A stretch of 63,078 nucleotides of DNA, filler included, from Corallochytrium limacisporum Hawaii (GCA_002811645.1; 4 parts of 4 records of this genome joined end to end with filler, not necessarily neighbours in it); one strand, 5' to 3'; positions 26,001 to 34,961 are shown, counted from the whole stretch's first letter. The notes: generated by a model not told the origin, from the sequence alone. Numbers and translations are program-made.

Positions 26001-27614
26001 GTTGAAAAACTTTTGTGCAGTAGAGTATCTAGGCAAGTGCTAGAGATAACGGCCTCAGAATGGCTATTCAACCCGTTTTGAGTTTCGTACGGTCACGAGA
26101 GTAATCGACTGTGTTTCCAAGCCACTCCGCGTTAGTAAAATATAATACATTTTGTATGAATGTGTTGGTATAGCCATCTGCTGTGGTGGGTTTTTTTTCA
26201 AAGCCCAGACAACCCATTTGGCCGAGTATGGTATAGGAACTTTGCAAAAATGATGCTCGTTGATTCAGTTGCGAAACACCAGTAAACGAGTGTCATCTCT
26301 CTTTGTGGCTCTCAGCTGCTCATGCCGCGGCTATTCCATACACATTGTAGCCCAAAAGTCTAGCGGTATGTGAAGTGTCAGCAGATATTTTGCAAGCGTT
26401 TGGGTTGGCGACGAGTTTGGGTTCTGTGACGGTGGCGCATGTCATAGTGGTTCACGATTACTTCGAACTCACCCCTCATGTTTCTTATACGATAATGGGT
26501 ACATGCCCCCATTGGTGACTGCTTGGTGTCTACACAAGGGGGTTGTATGGGTGTGGGGCGTTGGGAATTGAACACTGGCCAGTTCCTACCATATGATTCC
26601 TTGCGAACATAAAACGAGAAGTACCAACCAGAGTGAGCATCCAGAGAAGGAATGACAAGCTCGCGAACGAAGCAGTGTCTTGGAAAAAACAATGGCGTGT
26701 TTTGATTACACACAAAAGTGAAGATAAACTATGAGACGACCTGACAAGAGTATGAAACGAGGCATATGTACGTTGGAATGTATGTGATATATATGTATGT
26801 ACGCATGTCATCTAAGTTGATACTGGTTTGTGTCCTTGTAACTATATACGAGCAAGAGTGGATAATGGTACCAAGGCCAGCAAAGGGAATAAACCCTGTG
26901 CCCTGGTTCTGAAACTTGCATTTTACGCTTCTGCTCTCTCTCTCTCTCTCTCTGTGTGTCTGCGTTTTGTCTCTCTCTTCCTCATCACACCTCACGGGCT
27001 GAGGGGGTGACAAGAGGGGGGGGGGGGAGAGAGCGAAAAGAAGTACACACAGGCGGAAAAAAGGGAAAAAAGGGGTACACAGATGCCCTCTCCGGGGTCT
27101 GCCAGGGAGAGGGGACACTTTGATGTCATTCGGTACCCCCCCATTCTTTCCCAGCTCCTCCCCCCCTCGGCATTCCTTAAAGTAGGGTTCTGTGGGTTTT
27201 TTTGCCCGTGTGGCTCTCTCTTGCACTCGCCTTCCCTCTCTCGCTCACAAGAGAGTAGGGCGAGAGTGAGAGATCGCTGAAAACGGACTCCCTATCCAAA
27301 AACCCACCACTCTTGTTTGACAAACTGTTACATTTCCAGAACGCCACAGTTTATAAAGAGTGTGAGAGTGAGATTGATCGTGTCTGCGTTCGATCCCAAA
27401 GACGGTATTGATCTGGAAGAACACAGGACAGCGTAAGCCTTTCCTCCCTTCGCTTGTGACCCCTCGCTCCCCTACCCACCCCATTCAGGGACCCTCTAAT
27501 CAAAGAGGGGGGACCTTGAAAGGGGGGGGGAGGAGGAGAGGCCAGGAGAGATGCTGTGATCCACCAGGGATCATCATCATGTTGTTTTTGATACTATCTG
27601 CCAGCAGAAGTCAA

Positions 27615-28661
27615 TCAGAAGTACTCCATTGTCGATACAGTGCTTGATGCTTCACTGCCACGACGATTATAGTCGACAGACTGTCCGCGGACCTTGTAGG
27701 CCTGGCGTTCACCACTGGAGATGTGGGCGAAGTGCTCATCCAGGTAGGCCAGGATACCATCAGTGGTTATCCGACGACGAGGATGAGTCTCCAGCATGGC
27801 CAGCACTAGCCGGAGGCAGGTATCATTGATCTCAGTCCAGGGAGCAAAGCTAAGATCTCCTTCCAGGAAGCGAGAGTAGTGTGGGCTGTTGGGAGAGGCA
27901 CGCTCCCAGGGGAAGCTGCTAGTCAGCATGGCAAAGAAGGTCACCCCCAGAGCCCAAACGTCACCAGGACGGGAGTCAGTGGGGGTAAAGCCAAGCATGC
28001 CTTCGGGTGCGAGGTAGGCACGGGTTCCAAGAACAGTTTCGCTCTTCTCGTCTGAGACATGACGACTGAAGCCAAAGTCAATCAGCTTGACATTGCCGTC
28101 CTGATCTACTCCAATGTTCTCGGGCTTAACATCGCCGTGGCTGTAGCCAGACGAGTGCAGCAGACGCAATGCTTCCGTAATGCGACGGAGCATGGTGATT
28201 GCCTCGTATTCGGACATACCAGTGTCCGGGTCAATCTTTGAGAAAAAGTCTCCATTGTTTAGGTATTCCATCACGATGAAGAGGTGGTTGTTTTCTTGAT
28301 AATGTGCGAGCATCTGTACACATCCTTTGATGCCTTGGATACGCTGGAGCATCTTGATTTCGGTTTTGTAAAGCACCAGGTGTCCAGGTGTGTTGGTCAT
28401 GACCTTGATGGCCACAAGTCTGTGTCCTACAACTTCTTCAGCCAGGAAAACTGTGCTTGATGATCCTGCTGCAATTTGTCCCAGGAACTGGTACCGCTCA
28501 TTCATTTTAGTTCCACTGCGGGTGGTGTGTTGCATGTTGCACGTAGTGGTGCGATGCCCATGTCTATCGGCAGTTTCGCACATAATGCCTGCTTCGGGTG
28601 GTGCCATTGTTGGATCTATTTGTTTGAGAGTGCTTCGTGCAGTACGCGACTCTTCTTTCAT
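27615..28661 (-). CDS. Ser/Thr protein kinase (CAMK-group-like, non-RD)
   Basis: VAIK, HGDVKPEN, DFG, GT..YLAPE and DVWALGV motifs. The true start could be one of the downstream Mets. Confidence 0.92.
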   Translation of the reverse strand: MKEESRTARSTLKQIDPTMAPPEAGIMCETADRHGHRTTTCNMQHTTRSGTKMNERYQFLGQIAAGSSSTVFLAEEVVGHRLVAIKVMTNTPGHLVLYKTEIKMLQRIQGIKGCVQMLAHYQENNHLFIVMEYLNNGDFFSKIDPDTGMSEYEAITMLRRITEALRLLHSSGYSHGDVKPENIGVDQDGNVKLIDFGFSRHVSDEKSETVLGTRAYLAPEGMLGFTPTDSRPGDVWALGVTFFAMLTSSFPWERASPNSPHYSRFLEGDLSFAPWTEINDTCLRLVLAMLETHPRRRITTDGILAYLDEHFAHISSGERQAYKVRGQSVDYNRRGSEASSTVSTMEYF

Positions 28662-28977
28662 TGTTATGTGTGTGATATTAAATACCTACTACACCAGTCA
28701 TTCTGTGATTGCTTTCCTGAAATACATGCCATGAAAGGTAACTCTAATGAATAATATAAACAAACCCCTGAGCACACTTCTCCCAAGTGCTGCTGGTCCT
28801 AACGCACTACCATTCTGTTTGCATCCAGTCAATTTGTGAATTCAAGTTTAATGTAAAATTTTCTGCCGATAAAAGGGGCATAGCGAGCCGGGCGGCCATA
28901 ATGAAACAATTAAGCAAGGCACCCAGTTCGTCTCCCTTCCCCCCCTTTCCCTTTATCAACTTCTCCCCACCCCCCCC

Positions 28978-29077
28978 NNNNNNNNNNNNNNNNNNNNNNN
29001 NNNNNNNNNNNNNNNNNNNNNTTAATTAATTAANNNNNNNNNNNNNNNNNNNNNNNNNNNNNNNNNNNNNNNNNNNN
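28978..29077. other. Artificial contig linker (44 N + TTAATTAATTAA + 44 N)
   Basis: Exactly 100 bp with a core giving stops in all six frames. Identical linkers at 60228-60327 and 61870-61969. Confidence 0.97.
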
Positions 29078-30003
29078 CCCCCGGGGGGGGGGGGGAGGAG
29101 AAAGTGGCGGGGGAGGAGGAACCATAACAGACCGTGTGCCCCGAATTTTTTTTAGGCACAGAGCGCACAGCTAGTCCTTTCGTATCGATATGGATAGAGG
29201 GGAAATCGATTGAGAAGGTCTGTAGTGGGCCAACCGATCCAACGCTGAGCCATCCGCGACTTACTCACGGCACGGGGGATACAATGGTCCGGAGGACATC
29301 GAGGGCACTGTAGAAACAAGAGTGCCATCTTACAGAGCTGCGACGACTCAGCCATCTTTAAACCCAACTGGCCTGGAGTGCTCTCCTGTTCGGTGGTAGG
29401 ACTTGGTGTACGCTGTAGGGTATAGTACCGGGAAGGAGGAACACATTGTCACCTGAAGCGGCGGGAAAACACCGTATCCCTTATTCGTGGCCCCCGACTC
29501 GATTCGACCTCTCCGGAAATGGCTAATGGGTATGAGTGGTGTGTGGAGTTGTTGCTGCTTGCATTGCATTATTCAGAGGCATTTTCGTTGCAGCGTCTGC
29601 AATATCCTTTAATCGGCCATCGGGGGAGAGGGGGGTGATGGGGGGCTTGGGAAAAAGTTTCTATACTATCTAATCCTTCTCCCTATCTGTGGTGGCACCC
29701 TCCGCGCGAAGTATTTGCACATTATCGAGACCCACTAATCGAAGCAATAGCTTCTTTGTCCCCGTAGATATCTGACAGGTGGAGAATGCCATTCAAATCG
29801 ACGTACTTGAGATGTCCGAAAATGTCGCCTATCGAGACGTTGGCGTACCTGTTGCGGCAAATGATTCACTTCCTACTCGTTAAATCTCGCTGGTTCAACT
29901 ATGACCACCTAACAACGATAGCCTATACGTCAACGGTGAATCTAAGTGGTGACTCTGGTTACTGGAAAATGTAGTACCAACTGTCCAGCTAGTTGCAGTA
30001 GAC

Positions 30004-30981
30004 ATGTTGGTGAAGTCCAATTGGCTTCCTTTGAAAGTTATGGCGTTCGGCTTTCCCCGCAGATCCCGGTCAGTGACTATTCTCTTTGTAGTCGGATTCC
30101 TGCTCCTGCTCCACTGGCAAGGACTCTTCTTTGTAAAAAGAGGAGGTTGGTTGGGACAAAGGATGGGACGAAGGGCTCATATCCAGGAGTATATGTCTCA
30201 TGGGGAGGGATTGGAACAAAATCCCGTATATATGAACGTAATTGTTAGCCTTCGGGGACGGCTCGATCGGCTGCAAGTGCTTATAGACTCACTAACAGGT
30301 GCGGCGGCCGCGCTCCCGGAAAGAGAAAGATTTGTGAGGTTTATTGTCGTCAACTTTGACGCGGGAACAGAGTCGGAAATTGGGGAAATGCTGAAAACGC
30401 TATCCAAGAACTCAAAGATCGAGACTACGCAGATCGAGAAGCGATTGGCCGACGGAGGCTTCTCGAGAGCGGGTGGGATCGCTGCAGCCATCGATGCGGT
30501 CGACAATCCTGAAGACCTAATATTCGTCGTTGATGTCGACATTGTTCTCGGGCCTCGTATTTTCCATGAGATTAAGCGGAATGTTCTGCGTTCGATTCTC
30601 CCGGATAAAATATACTTTCCTGTGGTTCGTATGCTTCGGAAAGGTGAGGACGCGGAATGGAATGAAAGGGGTGAACTTATTGTCCACGATGCGGCGGAAC
30701 CGGAACGGGCTGAGAATGGTGAGCTTATTGAGCCCGAAGATGGCATTGAATTTTGGAATTATCCAGCATTTGGAGTGTTCGCCGTGCACAAGTTCAACTA
30801 TCTCCGTTGCGGAGGCTTCGTAGCCTCTGATCTATCACGCGATGTATGGGGTAAGGAGGACAACCGCATGTTCGATAACTGCAAGCTGCATGGCGTGCCG
30901 ATACAACGGAGCGAAAGCTATTCTATGGCACACATCTTCCACAGCAAGCGACCATGGGGCGTTTCTGCAGACGGAACTTAA
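30004..30981 (+). CDS. Type II membrane GT-A glycosyltransferase, chondroitin GalNAc-transferase/B4GALNT (GT7-related) like
   Basis: N-terminal TM anchor followed by FSRAGGI, LIFVVDVD (DxD), IYFPVV, WGKED and HIFH motifs. Confidence 0.85.
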   Translation: MLVKSNWLPLKVMAFGFPRRSRSVTILFVVGFLLLLHWQGLFFVKRGGWLGQRMGRRAHIQEYMSHGEGLEQNPVYMNVIVSLRGRLDRLQVLIDSLTGAAAALPERERFVRFIVVNFDAGTESEIGEMLKTLSKNSKIETTQIEKRLADGGFSRAGGIAAAIDAVDNPEDLIFVVDVDIVLGPRIFHEIKRNVLRSILPDKIYFPVVRMLRKGEDAEWNERGELIVHDAAEPERAENGELIEPEDGIEFWNYPAFGVFAVHKFNYLRCGGFVASDLSRDVWGKEDNRMFDNCKLHGVPIQRSESYSMAHIFHSKRPWGVSADGT

Positions 30982-31157
30982 GCGAGCAACCTTAGAGCAT
31001 ACATATCAAAACATTACAACATAAATATGCAAGAGATCACCTTTATGAACAGTTTCGGATTTTTGTCAACACGGCAGCAGGCGGTCTTGCTTTGATATTG
31101 TGGTCTCACGTAAGCCCTGTCGTACTCTGTTCGTAAGCAATACTTTAGTGAAGGTGA

Positions 31158-31343
31158 CTGAAAGCGTTAGTAAAGCCTATGCTCGTCACAAGGAAAGGAC
31201 CGAACCTTGGAAGAACGATAAATCTGAAACAAGATGTGAGTGTGAAGGTCATCAAATAATGGATTATGAAAGTATCTTCGTGTCCGGGGAGATGATGAAA
31301 GACACAAGACGGCTTACATAGCACATGAAAACCACGAGCATAC
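31158..31343 (-). other. Putative last intron of the snoRNA host (donor uncertain: GTATGC at 31343 or GTAAGC at 31317)
   Basis: TACTAAC at 31172-31166 followed by GCTTTCAG acceptor ending at 31158. Confidence 0.55.
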
Positions 31344-31598
31344 TGCGTCTGGTGAGTCGCATTTGACCATTGCGCAAATGGCTCTCCCACTTCAGCGCCA
31401 GGGTACTATCATCTGACCTTTGATGTGTTCTCGCTAAGAGATCGTCAACGAGCGTTAGATATCTGACACACCATGCTTCAGTGTGCTCGATTTCCCTAAT
31501 TCTAACATATACCTACCGCATTGCATGCTATTCCAATATGACTTCGATAGTGTCACATAATGCTTTGTGCACACGTTAATGTATGCGAGCGTGTCGAA

Positions 31599-31863
31599 CT
31601 GCAAAAGAGATAAGTGGGCAGGAGGTATCAGTTAGTAACCTGAGAGTATCATTTGAAACGACACGAAGACCGGATACCGGAGTGGAAAGGGCAGTGGAGA
31701 GGTAAGTCCTTGTCAGGTAATAGGAAACGTGATAATTCGTTTGGTCACATATGCATCTTGTGCTTTCGAAGTGAGCTGAGTAAAATTTGCTTCATCGTTC
31801 TGGACCAATTTTCCACTGCTTATGCAGTCCGATTAACTCGGCCTCTCGCGAGGTAGTACTTAC
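31599..31863 (-). other. Spliceosomal intron (265 nt) hosting the U29/snR71-like snoRNA
   Basis: GTAAGT at 31863, TACTAAC at 31637-31631, TCTCTTTTGCAG ending at 31599. Confidence 0.85.
31706..31805 (-). ncRNA. Box C/D snoRNA, U29/snR71-like (LSU rRNA)
   Basis: C-like box ACGATGA (31798-31792) and D box CTGA (31716-31713), with terminal stem GTCC/GGAC and outer stem GCAGTGGA/TCCACTGC. Guides ACTCAGCTCAC and ACGTTTCCTATTA are complementary (one G:U each) to the conserved LSU segment UAAUAGGGAACGUGAGCUGGGU. Confidence 0.85.
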
Positions 31864-31874
31864 AGTTTTGTTTT

Positions 31875-32108
31875 CTGTGGGGCAGAACAGATCTCAAAGG
31901 GTTAAAGTTGTTAGTTAGTATGGTACGCTCCTGTACATACTGAGTCAGATGACGTGGGTGGTTCAGTGCCAAACTCAGCAAATGGTATATTGTCTCATGG
32001 CTCAATAGCTCTGAAGTAGCAAATATAAATCATACCATCATAGCAAGGCGTATTCAAACCGGGAATATTGGACAATCTATATATTCGACCCAATATTGTA
32101 TGACTTAC
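31875..32108 (-). other. Spliceosomal intron (234 nt) hosting the U24/snR24 snoRNA
   Basis: GTAAGT at 32108, TACTAAC at 31920-31914, CTGCCCCACAG ending at 31875. Confidence 0.85.
31970..32046 (-). ncRNA. snR24: Box C/D snoRNA U24/snR24 homologue
   Basis: Boxes: C ATGATGG (32041-32035), D' CAGA, C' ATGAGAC, D CTGA (31978-31975). Guide ATATTTGCTACT pairs with conserved LSU AGUAGCAAAUAU. ATATTTGCTACTTCAGA matches yeast snR24 as recalled, and the D'+5 rule gives the Am1449-equivalent. Confidence 0.88.
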
Positions 32109-32345
32109 CTGCAAGGAATAAAGCTCATTAGCATGCAAAATTGTGTTAGTTGACCCATAGTTGTGAAATGAAGAGATTTAGAATGTGAAGTTGTACTTGC
32201 TCAGAGAAACCTTCAGTTCATCGAAGAAACAAGCCTATCTTGATTATAAAGTTCCTTCTAAGTCAAGAGGTGTCAGAGACGTTTTCTTCAAGGCCACAAC
32301 TTCACACCCCAAGACATGATCCCATGCGCTCCAAAAATTACCTAC
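32109..32345 (-). other. Spliceosomal intron (237 nt) hosting the U60/snR48-like snoRNA
   Basis: AAG|GTAGGT at 32345, ACTAAC at 32150-32145, TTTATTCCTTGCAG ending at 32109. Confidence 0.8.
32196..32296 (-). ncRNA. Box C/D snoRNA, U60/snR48-like (LSU rRNA)
   Basis: C-like box TTGAAGA (32291-32285), C'-like CGATGA and D CTGA (32204-32201). Guide TCTGACACCTCTTG is complementary to LSU (CA)AGAGGUGUCAGA. A perfect 11-bp flanking inverted repeat lies at 32296-32306/32184-32194. Confidence 0.8.
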
Positions 32346-32976
32346 CTTATCAGGGAGAAACGAAGTTCACTATTGCACTTTCTTCCATTGCATGAGGCCA
32401 GCCGCTCTATGGCGGTGGCTGGCCAAGATATCAGCTTCGAAGATTGGCATGGTACGAGTTATCTTCTAGCCCTAATACCTTCATAACGTTTTTTATGGGA
32501 ATGATCTACAATTTCTGGTAGGTGAGTCACCGATAAGTAAATCATTAGGGCATCTGTAGGACACATGAAAACATTACAAAGCCGTGCCCATACAAAGCAG
32601 TGGCACGCACAACACGCGGTATCCCAGCCGTTCTGGCCCCCACGCACACCAGAAGTCGAGTAGGAATGCTTACGTTTAATTCACATAGTTATATATTAGG
32701 GGTTCGGTGTATTTTGAGAAATCAAATGCTGGAGGGGGGTCTGGTTTTCCCTTAGTGACCCCCCTCTTACACAAAGTGATCAACGGGCCTGCAAGAAGCC
32801 TGGATTTCGGTCGTCTGTGGTGTAGGTGTAACCGGAAGGGTGTTTGGTGGCATCAACAGTGCGCTGCCCTACACAAATACACATATGCAAGTGGGTATAT
32901 ACACAAACCCTGCCAGTGGAAGCCCTGTGTAAGCATGCCAGTGGATGTGATAGGTAGTCGGTTTGGCGAATCATGA

Positions 32977-33381
32977 GCTCTAGCCATTTCCTGGTGGCAG
33001 GGCACGCGCCGTCAGAGTCTGACAGACTTAGAGCAGAAGCGTTCCAGCAATGTCATTGTCGTTTACAATGACCGTGGACGTCGCAGCTTTTCAAAGCTTT
33101 GCTTTGTCGATCTTCATGCCTGTGACGATCTTGAAGCCGCGAAACTAGACGAGGAAATGACGCAAAACCTCGAGGATCTGACCTCTGGTCGCGAGCCCAT
33201 AGCCAACTGCGGTAGCTCCATGCTGAGTCAGCTGGTTAGCGACTCCCTGACGCAACAGACCAAGGTGCTATTTGTCAGACACGTCCGTCCTACAGACGCG
33301 GAGGCGAGCGCCGCTTCCCTATCCCTAGCACGTAAGGTAATGGGTCCCAAGGAGAGGAGCTCCACTGAAGTCAGCGTATGA
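32977..33381 (+). pseudogene. Degenerate kinesin motor-domain C-terminal fragment
   Basis: The open frame after TGA 32974-32976 reads ...SKLCFVDLHA...SSMLSQLVSDSLTQQTKVLFVRHVRPTDAEASAASLSLARKV. This resembles kinesin SKL.LVDLAGSE ... SKLT.LL.DSLGG..KT.....ISP....ET..TL.FA.RV, with the switch motifs decayed. Confidence 0.55.
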
Positions 33382-34961
33382 ACCGACAATACCCTAGATT
33401 GATTGAGATGCTCGTCTTCAACATAGTGATGCACGCCTCAGATTATGTATGCATCCAATGTTCTTAGTCGAACACTCCTCGCTTCTGTTGCTCTAGGACG
33501 GTCAGATGCGCATGCGACAATCTCATACGAAAGTTGTCATGGTATGTACAAACCGCCATCACGAAGCGAAAAACTTGCAGCATTGGTTTGACAGAGCGAT
33601 TGAACAGGAACGCATCTACGTATACCTGAATCCGGTCACTTTATTGCAGACCCGCGCAGATTCGCCCCCCCCCCCGGCCGGGGGGAGGGGGGTTCACGGA
33701 CTTCTCAGCACATGACCAAAAGGAAGCAACTAAGACCTAGCAGAACATCAATGACACCTTACGATATAGTTTCAGAGATTGCCACAGGCCTTGTGGTAGG
33801 ATGTATTGTGCTATGCAAATGGTTAGGACCACGGCTGTGTAAGACTTAAATACAGCAGCAGAGTACTATCTCAGTTGTATTTTGATTATCGCTGACGATG
33901 TGGGGTCGTATCGAGTCATCTTGCCTTTGTAGGAAGGTCTGCTAAACACCCAGATTTATGTGATAGCGGTGTCATAAGGAAAGTGGTAGGGTCCCAGTTT
34001 GACAGTAACAGTGTGTCGGCAGAGTATACTGAGTGTGCTCCCAATTTGCAGGGTACTTCGGACAATGATAAACATAATACTAAGAGTTCAAAGAACAGAG
34101 CTCACATGGTCAAACCCGGACGGTAGATATATACAAGACATATGGTCCGATCCGAAGGGCGACATGCCGATGACAACAACGAGCCAGAAACTAGCCAATA
34201 GCATTGGCACCCTACTCCCAGGAATCCCCTCCTATGATCCAATATGGGGTCTTGTAGCTCCAAACTTTGGTGCCACCTCACGTTGCAGAGGGCCACGATA
34301 ATAAATAGCAAAGCCAGACACAGTACGCCCAGGACGACATCTCACCATTGGAAGCGTCATCAACAAGAGGGACGAGCGAGTTGGTCATGGAAAATCGCCA
34401 ACACCACCCCCCCTCCAGGGGCCCCCCGGGGGGGGGGGGGNNNNNNNNNNNNNNNNNNNNNNNNNNNNNNNNNNNNNNNNNNNNNNNNNNNNNNNNNNNN
34501 NNNNNNNNNNNNNCCCCCCAAGGGGGCCCCCGGGGGGGGGGGGAAGAGGGGGGAAGAGCAGATTTGTTAGATGTCGCCAAGATCTCCAAAGTGTGCCATC
34601 TGTTCAAAAGTTTGCTAGGTATCACCAATACGAGACGAAGGCCAATTTTACTTTGTTGCTTTTACCTGCTCTATACGAAGACATCAAGTTCTCAGTAGAT
34701 GGACGAGATCATCGAGTATCGACCAGGTCGAATCGTATTGCTTCCATCTTGTACCACCGTGGGGTTTGGGATGTGGATTTGTCCATGTCGTTGTAATTGA
34801 GATAGTCTAGTTTAGTGCTGAGTAGATAGATACAGTTTAGCATGGACAGAGAAAGGTATATATTGGAGACGGAAAGTTCCGATGAACAGCCAGGGGCGTA
34901 GATCAACATACCAGTCGCCCTAGAGGATGTACTCGTTGGTTCTTGCAAACCAAAACTCACT

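Larger units (their letters stand above)
31020..32700 (-). ncRNA. Putative non-coding, multi-intron snoRNA host transcript (ends approximate)
   Basis: Four minus-strand (T)ACTAAC branch sites (about 32146, 31915, 31632, 31167), each followed by a pyrimidine-rich CAG. Donors GTAGGT/GTAAGT. Three introns each contain a C/D snoRNA. No substantial ORF. Confidence 0.8.

Noticed and set aside
26109-26472. Minus-strand GTGAGT...TACTAAC...CAG intron candidate
   Set aside because: Isolated, with a purine-rich acceptor region, no snoRNA or coding exons, and could be chance.
32102-32112. ACTTACCTG resembling the U1 snRNA 5' end
   Set aside because: No U1 stem-loops or Sm site follow. It is the reverse complement of the CAG|GTAAGT splice junction.
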